Source: an uncultured bacterium
GTDB taxonomy: Bacteria > Planctomycetota > Phycisphaerae > UBA1845
Direction: 5' to 3'
Length of the DNA stretch: 64,000 bases
NCBI GenBank assembly: GCA_965371245.1
Contig: CBDUXT010000009.1
Span: forward strand, 1,796 to 65,795
Shown: positions 19,193 to 27,448 of the stretch, piece after piece
Position numbering within the stretch: the first letter of the stretch is position 1
Layout of the letters: the number at the start of each line of letters is the position of its first letter
Notes under the pieces: generated by a model
Told to the model about the DNA's origin: nothing
The model's database searches: none
Seen by the model: only the letters and a program-made list of their open reading frames with translations
Translations under genes and position numbers: made by a program

Positions 19193-19423
19193 CTAGATAC
19201 CCACCCCCAGCAAGCTGAACAGGAAGCTGGTGATCACGCTGTTGACCACGGCGGTCACGAAGTCCTGGCCTAGAGTTCCCGTATCCAAGAACGTACACCC
19301 GCCGGTTTGAAGAAGGTAGCCCGCACCCAAAATCGGCGCCACTTTGTGCATCAAAGAAGTCCAACGCTTAGACATCAAGGGTTCCTCAAAGAAGAGTTTG
19401 GATGCACCGTTACGCACGGCCAC
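19193..19423 (-). CDS. small hypothetical protein (possible start at MSKRW, 19375)
   Basis: An ORF sits between the SH3 protein gene and gpsA on the same strand, with a hydrophobic C-terminus. I recognise no family. Confidence 0.3.
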   Translation of the reverse strand: MAVRNGASKLFFEEPLMSKRWTSLMHKVAPILGAGYLLQTGGCTFLDTGTLGQDFVTAVVNSVITSFLFSLLGVGI

Positions 19424-19500
19424 CCTGAACCGTTATCCCGTTCACAATCCAAGAACCAGCCTGCGTCGCCGCGCCAACGACCCCGGCGGTGGTGCGTCAC

Positions 19501-20751
19501 TCATCCCCCGGCGTTGCCGACATTGTTGGCGCCGGTATCCTGAAGCATGGTCAGTCGCTTGGCGATGTAGATGGGCACGGGATCGACCCCGCCCTTTTGA
19601 AGGCGAGTCGCCGACGCCTGCACGCCGACGTACCGACCCAAAAACCGATCCACCTCGATGTTGGAATCGACCGGAATCTCGACGTAACAGATGGTTCGCT
19701 CGATCGGGCCGGTGGCATCGACCAGCCTGAACCGACGGGGCGACGAGCCGATCGGGTAGAGGGCGCTCACACGAAGCTCGCCCTGGACGTCGATGCCGCT
19801 GGGAATCGGCGGGAGCGTCGTCCGGATACCTGCGCGATCGTTCATCAGCTCGCGCCGTTTCGACTCAGTTCTCTCTACCTGGATACGCAACCCGCGGATG
19901 GTATCGACCAGAGAGGCCATGTCAGTGAGCTGGGTGATGCGTGCCTCAGCGTATCGTTGCGCAACCTCGTCCTCGGACTGCGCCGCGATCGTGCGATATC
20001 GCTCGATCATCGGATCGAACCGGCGCTCGACAACCGGCTTTCGCAACTCCTTGCGCGTTGCGACATCAACAGACAGTAAGTCGGCGCGATGCGAAGTGAT
20101 GGGCAAGCCGTCGAACGGCGTGGTCTCTTTCGCCCTCGACGTTTTCGGCGCCGTGTCTCGCGTTACCGCGCTGGGTTCGGGCGCAGCAGCCGACGGCTGC
20201 CCCATCGCCGGTGCCGCCACCTCCGCTTCGAGTTGGCGCAGATGCTCCGGGACAAACTCAAGGAAGCTCCGATTGACCCAAAGGGTGGCGCCCTTGGGCG
20301 GCTCGATCCGAAGGAACCCGTCGGCGTTTCGCCCCAAAATCTTCACCGCAGCCCCCTTGGACAACAGAGCTTGCACCGTGTACTTGTTCTTATTGAGCAG
20401 CGAGCCCGCCCGGACGCGAACGTTGTCTCCATTGACCATCCCCGTCTTCTCGTCGGCCGTATCCACGTAGTCGCCGGAAATCAGACTGAACACGCCTACC
20501 GGCGGAGCGATCTCGAACCAACCGCCGGTTTCCCCGACCACGGTGACACGATCTCCGGCGTTCAGCTTCGTAATCGTGTAGTGGTTAAGGCTGGGGCCGC
20601 TGCGCAGGTATACGTCGGAGGCTGTCACCTCCGCCAGACCGAGCATCGGTTTGTCCGGAACCTGCGCCGAACTCTGCACGGCCATGCCGCACGAGACGAC
20701 CGCAGAGACACTCAAGATGACTTCCCAACGGTGTGAATCGATTCGAGACAT
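19501..20751 (-). CDS. secreted protein with two bacterial SH3-like domains
   Basis: Signal-like N-terminus. SH3b-like segments appear twice (VYLRSGPSLNHYTITKLNAGDRVTVVGETGGWFEI and VRVRAGSLLNKNKYTVQALLSKGAAVKILGRNADGFLRI). Confidence 0.75.
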   Translation of the reverse strand: MSRIDSHRWEVILSVSAVVSCGMAVQSSAQVPDKPMLGLAEVTASDVYLRSGPSLNHYTITKLNAGDRVTVVGETGGWFEIAPPVGVFSLISGDYVDTADEKTGMVNGDNVRVRAGSLLNKNKYTVQALLSKGAAVKILGRNADGFLRIEPPKGATLWVNRSFLEFVPEHLRQLEAEVAAPAMGQPSAAAPEPSAVTRDTAPKTSRAKETTPFDGLPITSHRADLLSVDVATRKELRKPVVERRFDPMIERYRTIAAQSEDEVAQRYAEARITQLTDMASLVDTIRGLRIQVERTESKRRELMNDRAGIRTTLPPIPSGIDVQGELRVSALYPIGSSPRRFRLVDATGPIERTICYVEIPVDSNIEVDRFLGRYVGVQASATRLQKGGVDPVPIYIAKRLTMLQDTGANNVGNAGG

Positions 20752-21085
20752 GACGGATGATCCTTACGTCAGAACCGGCTGCCTTCCTGGATGACCGCTT
20801 GCGCCAAACCGCGCTCGTCGAAGGTACTTCGCAGGCCCCCAACTGTCAATGCGTTTGAAGTCCGTGGAACGACCGGCACGCGTGGGTGACAGAATCCGCG
20901 TTGGGCATTTCACAGAGCGCCCGGCGCGAGTCCGGTGGCATGCTGACGCAGGGGCCCGTACGCTAGCGCCTGCGCCTTTGACTCGGCGTACCAGGCCCGC
21001 CGGGCCAGCCACGAATGCCGCCCGACACCGGCAAACCGGCTCGCCGGTATCGGTGGCAGGTGCTTCCGGTATACTCCCCGGCCGA

Positions 21086-22522
21086 ATGTGTGCCGACCGC
21101 CCCCCGAACGCCCGCGTCCTTCTGCGCCGACTGGATGTGACCGTACCCGTCGAAGCCGCGGCTGTGAGTTTTGCTCAGGCGGAAGGCCCCGCGATCCTCG
21201 AAAGCTCCTGTCTCACATTGCCTTACGCGCGATACTCGCTCTTCGCGTGCGAACCCATCGAAGTGATCGAATCGCCTCCAAACGACCCCGACCCCCTGGC
21301 GACGCTCTTTGACGGACTGGCTCGATACCCCAAGATCGCCGCGCCTCCCGATGTCCCGTTCGCGGGCGGATGGATCGGTTTCGCTACGTATGAGGCGGGT
21401 TTGGCCACTGAGGGAATCTCCGCGACCTCCGCCCGCGATACCCCCGGTCGCTCTTGGATGCCGGCCGTTCGGTTCGCCTTGTACGACACGGTTGCCGTGT
21501 ACGATCATCACCAGGAGCGGTGGTCCGTCGTCGCGATCGACTGGCCGGACCCGATCAGGAAAAAGAGACCCCCGGCTAAGGAGCGGCTGGAGCGAATCCG
21601 CGGCCGTCTGGAATCGAGCCTGGAAAGGGCGACGGACACCCCCAAGCCGACCCCCAGCACGTCCCGACCGACCGCCAACCTCTCTGACGCCGAATACCTT
21701 GCGAGCGTTCGACGCGCCCAGGAGTACATCCGCGCCGGCGACATCTACCAGGTCAACCTCACCCGGCGATTCGCGGTCCGGACGGACGCCACGCCTCTGG
21801 CGATCTACCGAAGGCTGCGCAACACGAGCCCGTCGTCCCACGCCGCTCTGTTGATGTGGGACGATACGGCCATCGTCTCCTCGTCGCCGGAGCTCTTTCT
21901 GCACCTGCGCGACGGGCACGTGGTGACCCGGCCCATCAAGGGCACCCGCCCTCGCGGCGAGGGGGCCGCCGCCGATGAGGCCCTCAAGGACGAATTGGCC
22001 AACAGCACAAAGGATCGGGCGGAGCTGGCGATGATCGTCGATCTGCTCCGCAACGACCTGGGTCGCGTCTGTCGGTTCGGAACCGTCAGGGTCCAATGCC
22101 CCGGCACGATCGAAACCCATCCGACGGTCTTTCATCGGACCGCCACGATCGAAGGCGAACTCAGACCGGAATGCACCTATCGCGACCTGCTTCGCGCCAC
22201 CTTTCCGGGCGGGTCGGTGACCGGCGTCCCCAAAATCCGCGCCATGCAGATCATCGACGAGCTGGAGCCGACTAAGCGCGGCGTCTACTGTGGAACCATC
22301 GGCTGGATCGGGCTTGATGGCGCGATGGCTTTGAACATCGCCATTCGCACGATGGTTCAGACGGGCGACACGGTGCATCTCCACGCCGGCGGAGCCATTG
22401 TGGCCGACAGCGATCCGGCGGAGGAGGCCCGAGAGGTTGACGCCAAGGCAGCGGGCATGCTCAAGGCCCTTGGGTGTTACGCGCGGGCTGCCACGCGACC
22501 ACGCATGGAGGTGCCATCATAA
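21086..22522 (+). CDS. pabB: aminodeoxychorismate (or anthranilate) synthase component I
   Basis: SSSPELFL...RPIKGTRPRG...DRAELAMIVDLLRNDLGRV...FPGGSVTGVPKIRAMQIIDELEP..RGVYCGTIGW. I prefer the start MCADRPP. It is called pabB because an ADC-lyase-like gene follows directly. Confidence 0.85.
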   Translation: MCADRPPNARVLLRRLDVTVPVEAAAVSFAQAEGPAILESSCLTLPYARYSLFACEPIEVIESPPNDPDPLATLFDGLARYPKIAAPPDVPFAGGWIGFATYEAGLATEGISATSARDTPGRSWMPAVRFALYDTVAVYDHHQERWSVVAIDWPDPIRKKRPPAKERLERIRGRLESSLERATDTPKPTPSTSRPTANLSDAEYLASVRRAQEYIRAGDIYQVNLTRRFAVRTDATPLAIYRRLRNTSPSSHAALLMWDDTAIVSSSPELFLHLRDGHVVTRPIKGTRPRGEGAAADEALKDELANSTKDRAELAMIVDLLRNDLGRVCRFGTVRVQCPGTIETHPTVFHRTATIEGELRPECTYRDLLRATFPGGSVTGVPKIRAMQIIDELEPTKRGVYCGTIGWIGLDGAMALNIAIRTMVQTGDTVHLHAGGAIVADSDPAEEAREVDAKAAGMLKALGCYARAATRPRMEVPS

Positions 22523-23388
22523 TGACACAGACGGCCTACCTCAACGGCGCTTTCGTCGATGCCGACGACGCGAACGTCAGCATCTTCGACGGCGGCTGGC
22601 TGCACGGAGCCGGTTTGTTCGAAACCATGCGTGCCGAAAATCGATGTGTCTTTCGACTGGAGGCTCACCTCGCCCGGCTTTGCCGATCCGCCGCGACCAT
22701 TCTGGCACCCATCGATCGCGACGCGCTGCCGACCGCCGACGCATTGGTCGAGCTTCTCGAACGAAACGAGCTCGATGCCGCGCGCCTGAGGCTGACGGTC
22801 AGCGCGGGCCGGGTCGATGGCGCCAAGCCGGATTCGACCCCGCAATTGACGGTCATCGTCACCGCCGCCAATCTGGCGTCCTACCCGGATTCCTTCTACG
22901 CACGGGGGGTTCCCGTGGCGATCTGTCCCTACCGCCAGTCGCCCACCGATCCGCTCGCCGGGCACAAGGTGACGGGCCACCTTTCGCGACTGCTGGGGCT
23001 GCGCGAGGCGCGACAGGCCGACTGCGTGGAGGGGCTGTGGTTTACGACGGCGAACCGTCTGGCCGAAGGATCGATCAGCAACGTCTTTGTCATTAGCGAG
23101 GGAACACTCAAGACGCCGCCGCTGGACACGCCCGTTCTGCCGGGCATCGCGCGCGGCGTCGTGTTGGCGATCGCCCGCGACGAAGGGATCGAGGCACATG
23201 AGTGCCCGTTGACCATCGAGGACGTCTTGGGGGCCGATGAGATCCTGCTCACCAATGCCATCATGCAGGTGCTTCCCGTGATTCGCGTCGAAAAACACGA
23301 CCTGAACGACGGGCGGGTCGGTCCGCTGGCGAAGCGATTGCTCGAAGGGTATCGAGACCGTGTACGAAAGGAGTGCGGGAGCACATGA
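22522..23388 (+). CDS. pabC: class IV aminotransferase fold, aminodeoxychorismate lyase-like
   Basis: MTQTAYLNGAFVDADDANVSIFDGGWLHGAGLFETMRA... The ATG overlaps the pabB stop (TAATG). Confidence 0.8.
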   Translation: MTQTAYLNGAFVDADDANVSIFDGGWLHGAGLFETMRAENRCVFRLEAHLARLCRSAATILAPIDRDALPTADALVELLERNELDAARLRLTVSAGRVDGAKPDSTPQLTVIVTAANLASYPDSFYARGVPVAICPYRQSPTDPLAGHKVTGHLSRLLGLREARQADCVEGLWFTTANRLAEGSISNVFVISEGTLKTPPLDTPVLPGIARGVVLAIARDEGIEAHECPLTIEDVLGADEILLTNAIMQVLPVIRVEKHDLNDGRVGPLAKRLLEGYRDRVRKECGST

Positions 23389-24521
23389 GTCCTACGTCGG
23401 CACGAAAGAAACAACCCAGGGTCAACGATGTCTGCACGGCCATGGAAACCATCGCGCCGACTTCTCTGGCGCAATCCTGGGACAACGTGGGGCTCTTGGC
23501 CGGCGACCCCGGTGCGGCCGCACGGCGGGCCCTCACCTGTATCGATCTCACACCGGACGTCGTGCAGGAGGCGATCCGCTCCAAGATCGACCTGATCGTA
23601 GCTTACCATCCACCGATCTTCCGACCGGTGGCGTCATTGCGGGCGGACAGCTCGGGCACCGAGGCGGCCGTCTTCCGCTGCATCCGAGCCGGCGTGTCCA
23701 TTTATGCCACTCATACGGCACTGGATGCCGCGGTCGGCGGCACCAACGACGTCATGGCCGCGCTGTGTGGCATTCGCCAGACCGAGCCGCTGGAGTATGT
23801 TCCTAAGCCGGGTATCGAGCACCGCAAGCTGGTCGTGTTCGTTCCCGGCGATCACCTCGACCCCGTCGTCGATGCCATTTTCGCCGCGGGAGGCGGTCAC
23901 ATCGGCGCGTACAGCCGGTGCAGCTACCGATCGCCCGGGCAAGGAACGTTTCTCGGCGGCGAATCGACGAACCCCTCCATCGGTCGAAAAGGGCGCATGG
24001 AATGCGTCGAGGAGGTCCGGCTGGAGGTCGTCGTCCCCTCCCCTCGACTGCCTGACGCGGTACGCGCGATGATGGCCGCCCACCCCTACGACGAGCCGGC
24101 TTTTGATATCTATCCGCTGGAGGCCCGCCCGCAGCGCGGCATCGGACGCTTTGGACAGTTCGCGCGACCGACGACTCTAGGCTCACTGGCCAGGAAGCTC
24201 AAACGTTCCACCGGCGGCACCTGCGTTCAGACCGTGGGTCCGAAGGACCGTCGTCTCACCCGCGGTGTCATCGTCGTCGGGGCGGCGGGCTCGCTCCCCT
24301 TTCGCACCGATCTCACCCGCGAAACCGTCGTCGTCACCGGCGAGATGCGCCACCACGACGCGCTATCCATCCTGCGCCAGGATTGCTGCGCCATCGCACT
24401 GGGTCACTGGGCCAGCGAGCGGCCGATCCTCGCGCCGCTGGCCGAGCGGCTCGAGTCGATGGTTCCCGGGCTGAGCGTTGCCGTCAGCAAGTCGGATGCC
24501 GACCCGTTCCACGGGGTGTAA
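23385..24521 (+). CDS. NIF3-family dinuclear metal-centre protein (GTP cyclohydrolase 1 type 2 homologue family)
   Basis: ...IAPTSLAQSWDNVGLLAGD...AYHPPIF...ATHTALDA...GEMRHHD. The ATG overlaps the pabC stop (ATGA). Confidence 0.8.
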   Translation: MSPTSARKKQPRVNDVCTAMETIAPTSLAQSWDNVGLLAGDPGAAARRALTCIDLTPDVVQEAIRSKIDLIVAYHPPIFRPVASLRADSSGTEAAVFRCIRAGVSIYATHTALDAAVGGTNDVMAALCGIRQTEPLEYVPKPGIEHRKLVVFVPGDHLDPVVDAIFAAGGGHIGAYSRCSYRSPGQGTFLGGESTNPSIGRKGRMECVEEVRLEVVVPSPRLPDAVRAMMAAHPYDEPAFDIYPLEARPQRGIGRFGQFARPTTLGSLARKLKRSTGGTCVQTVGPKDRRLTRGVIVVGAAGSLPFRTDLTRETVVVTGEMRHHDALSILRQDCCAIALGHWASERPILAPLAERLESMVPGLSVAVSKSDADPFHGV

Positions 24522-24534
24522 GCGCACCGGCCCG

Positions 24535-25617
24535 TTACGGGTCGGTGGTCCGCGGACGCGGGATGGTCACCCGGAACGACGTACCCTCGCCCGGTTGGGA
24601 CGTGACCGAGATGGTCCCGCCGATCATATGCACAAGCCCGTGGGCGATGGCGAGCCCCAACCCGATCCCCTTGCCCGAGTCCGACGACAGCGTTCCCTTG
24701 GTCCCCCAAAACGGTTCAAAGATCCGCGACTTGGTGGATTCGTCGAGTCCGCAGCCGGTGTCCTCGATCAGAATCACGATCGACCCGGTATCAACGGATA
24801 CATCGAGGTGCAGCGAGCCGCCGTCGGTCATCGCCTCAACGGCGTTCTGCGCGATGTTCCGCATCACCGTCAGCACGGCGAAGCGCTGCACCGGAATCAC
24901 CGGCAGCTTTGCCATGCTCAGCGTGAGTTCGATGTGGGCATCGACCAGCACCGGCTCCAACTCGTCCGCAAGCTCGTTGACCAGCTCGGTCAGGTCGCTG
25001 AGATCCTCGGACCGCCGATCGCCCTCCGCAAAGGCGAGCAGCCCGGTGACCAGCGCCGTTGCACGTTGAAGCCCTGAAGCCACCGGATCCAGGATTCGCC
25101 GATGGAGCGCGGGGTCATCACAGGAGCGGGCGAAATCGATGCTGGTGATCATCCCGCCGAGGATGTTGTTGAAATGGTGCGAGATCGCGCCGGCCATCTC
25201 TCCCAGGGCAACCATCTTGCGGCTTTCGTGGATCTCGTCCTGGAGGCCGATTCTTCGCGTGATGTCGCGGATACAGATGGATGCGCCGATCCGGTCACCC
25301 TTCTCGCCGACGACCGGGGCGATGGTACCGGCCAACTCACGTTGAAGTCCGGTCTCGTCACGGTGTTGGAACTCGAACTGGATCGTCTCGCCGGTCCGGA
25401 TCGCCTGGCGAAACAGCCGATCGCCCATCCGCCGGCGATCCCGCGGAATCACCCGGCTGATCGGCGTACCCATCATCTGGTCGGCCGCCGCACCGAAGGT
25501 TCGAGCCGCTGCCAGGTTCCACGTGACGATGTTCAGGTCGGCGTCCGTGGCGATCAGGGCCGTGCCCAGATGTTGGCAGAGCTGTCGGAAATAATCGTCG
25601 GTTCCGTTGCCGGCCAT
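24535..25617 (-). CDS. cytoplasmic PAS-domain sensor histidine kinase
   Basis: A PAS-like N-terminus, an H-box (GEMAGAISHHFNNILGGM) and an HATPase_c domain (IEDTGCGL...GKGIGLGLAIAHG). No response regulator is adjacent. Confidence 0.85.
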   Translation of the reverse strand: MAGNGTDDYFRQLCQHLGTALIATDADLNIVTWNLAAARTFGAAADQMMGTPISRVIPRDRRRMGDRLFRQAIRTGETIQFEFQHRDETGLQRELAGTIAPVVGEKGDRIGASICIRDITRRIGLQDEIHESRKMVALGEMAGAISHHFNNILGGMITSIDFARSCDDPALHRRILDPVASGLQRATALVTGLLAFAEGDRRSEDLSDLTELVNELADELEPVLVDAHIELTLSMAKLPVIPVQRFAVLTVMRNIAQNAVEAMTDGGSLHLDVSVDTGSIVILIEDTGCGLDESTKSRIFEPFWGTKGTLSSDSGKGIGLGLAIAHGLVHMIGGTISVTSQPGEGTSFRVTIPRPRTTDP

Positions 25618-25632
25618 GGCAGCTACACGACC

Positions 25633-26532
25633 TCAGGACGGAGGCTTGTTCGCAACCGTCCTTTGAAACACCCTCGGCGTGATGACCAGGAGGGTCTCCA
25701 CCCGGGTGGACGACTCCGCCGCCGTGAAGAACCGGTTGCCGATCAGATTGTGATTGCCGGCCGCATCGTGCGGACCGAGCACCGCGAACTCGTTGGGGTT
25801 GAGCGCGAGCGAAACGGCCAGGTCGGCGAAGATCCGGCGATCGATCGCCGGTACCTCACGGATCACACCGTCGCTGCGCTCCCATGTCATCTCCCCGCGA
25901 TCGTTACGAATTTCCAGCGTCAACTTCAGATCAGTCGATCCCGTCAGCCGGGGACGGTAGGCATAGTCGATAGTGAGGAACTTGTCACCGGTCGCAAACG
26001 TACGGCCCACGAGTCGGCCGTCCGCCCCGTAGGAAAAGACCGATTCCTCGCCGTGGATCGTCCCGATTTGGATTGAGGCCGGGGCGCCTTGTTGCGGAAC
26101 GATCGTCTGACGGCGCGCCGTCGCCCCGGAAGCCTCGACGATCGCCTGTATGGCAGGCCACGCGCTGGGCGAACCCACGCCCGCCCGCAGACTGTTCCGC
26201 GCGAGCCGCGACACCATGTCGGCCCCGACGCGAAGCTCGTCCACGTGGTTCCAGATCTTGCGTGAGTGACGAAGGTCGCCCATGGGGAAATCCAACCGGA
26301 CCACATCGAAGACAAGCGCGACGACTCGGGTGGACCCGGCCGGGGGCAGGGGTTTGCGCAAGATGTTCGGATCGGCCGTGGCGGTGATGGGGAGCCTGGG
26401 AGCAACTCGGGGGGAGGCCCGCGCCAAACCCGAAGCGGGCAAGACGGAATCACAGCCGGCGCACGGTATAACGGAGGCAAGGACAAACAGGCCGCAGGAG
26501 CGGAGGCGGTGACGAACGGGGGCGCAGGCCAC
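25633..26532 (-). CDS. putative lipoprotein with secretin-like C-terminal motif
   Basis: The lipobox-like sequence is VIPCAGC. The C-terminus (...AGNHNLIGNRFFTAAESSTRVETLLVITPRVF) resembles the end of T2SS/T4P secretins, but the protein is only 299 aa. Confidence 0.55.
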   Translation of the reverse strand: MACAPVRHRLRSCGLFVLASVIPCAGCDSVLPASGLARASPRVAPRLPITATADPNILRKPLPPAGSTRVVALVFDVVRLDFPMGDLRHSRKIWNHVDELRVGADMVSRLARNSLRAGVGSPSAWPAIQAIVEASGATARRQTIVPQQGAPASIQIGTIHGEESVFSYGADGRLVGRTFATGDKFLTIDYAYRPRLTGSTDLKLTLEIRNDRGEMTWERSDGVIREVPAIDRRIFADLAVSLALNPNEFAVLGPHDAAGNHNLIGNRFFTAAESSTRVETLLVITPRVFQRTVANKPPS

Positions 26533-26595
26533 GAAGATCAGTATACGGGAAAGGCGCTCGCGACGTCAAGCGTCTATCACCGCCGGCGACCGGTC

Positions 26596-26716
26596 CATGA
26601 CCGAATCGGCGGGCAGTTTTCAGAGCACAGGGCGCGAGCCCTGTGACGGGACTGGTATCGTAGAAGCCCTGTGCTTGTTCGTATCGTGTCCGTGGGCTTG
26701 CGCCCACGGCTCTGAC
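26596..26716 (+). repeat. dispersed repeat family B, copy B1 (candidate structured element upstream of the ferritin-like gene)
   Basis: It shares blocks with 40966-41083 (minus): GAATCGGCG..GGGCAGTTTTCAGAGCAC, GGGC-GCGA-GCCC.GTGAC and GCGCCC.CGGCTCTGAC. Hairpins lie at 26627-26644 and 26690-26709, and the outer pairing is TCAGAG/CTCTGA. Confidence 0.65.
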
Positions 26717-26800
26717 GCGGCGTGGCGCCGGCAAGATGGCTGGACGGCCTGCCAAAACTGTCACACACCCATCGACGACCGGTCATACCGGCACGTGGTC

Positions 26801-27337
26801 ATGGCACGCCGGTGGTGCCGCGGCCCAGAGTCGAGCCTTACCTTGTCACTGGGGGGATCGTCTGATAGAACCTCCGACGTGAACGATTTTGAAGCCACGG
26901 TCAGCAGACTCTCTACGGAAAAGGCACTCGCCCTGGCAGCCTATGGTGAATCCGTAGCCGCCTATCGGTATCGCACGCTCTGCGAAAAGGCCGCGGCTAA
27001 GGCCCATCGCAAGGTGTTCGAGGAAATGGCCGACGAGGAACAGGACCACCACGCCATCATCCAAAAGCTGTTGCGACAGCAGTTCCCCGACAGCGACTTC
27101 GTCCTGACGCCGGAGGATAAGGATCTGGTCATCGTCGGGCCGCGACTGATCGAGGTCACGGACACGGCCTCATTCGACCGGGCGCTGGAGATGATCCGCG
27201 CCTCCGAGTGCCGAACCGGTCGGTTCTATGCCGCCCTGCACGAGTCGACGACCCACACCGAACTCAAGCCCATGCTCAAGGAAATGGCCGACGAGTGCCG
27301 GGAGCACGCCGAGCGACTCGACCAACTCCCCCGCTGA
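26801..27337 (+). CDS. ferritin-like / rubrerythrin-like four-helix protein
   Basis: ...LAAYGESVAAYRY...FEEMADEEQDHHAII...LKEMADECREHAERL. The start is uncertain (ATG 26801 or in-frame GTG 26879). The ORF-track start at 26597 lies inside repeat B1. Confidence 0.6.
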   Translation: MARRWCRGPESSLTLSLGGSSDRTSDVNDFEATVSRLSTEKALALAAYGESVAAYRYRTLCEKAAAKAHRKVFEEMADEEQDHHAIIQKLLRQQFPDSDFVLTPEDKDLVIVGPRLIEVTDTASFDRALEMIRASECRTGRFYAALHESTTHTELKPMLKEMADECREHAERLDQLPR

Positions 27338-27448
27338 ACGGCAGGCTCAAACGACAGCAACCAAGAAGCGAAAGGACGTGTGGCACGGGCTCTGGGTCCA
27401 TGAGAACACCGGCAAGATGCCGCTGCCACACGGTTCCGCGAATACGCC

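Noticed and set aside
20963-22384. 473-aa minus-strand ORF
   Set aside because: It is antisense to pabB, whose chorismate-binding motifs are unambiguous. The composition is Arg/Gly/Asp-rich and low in complexity.
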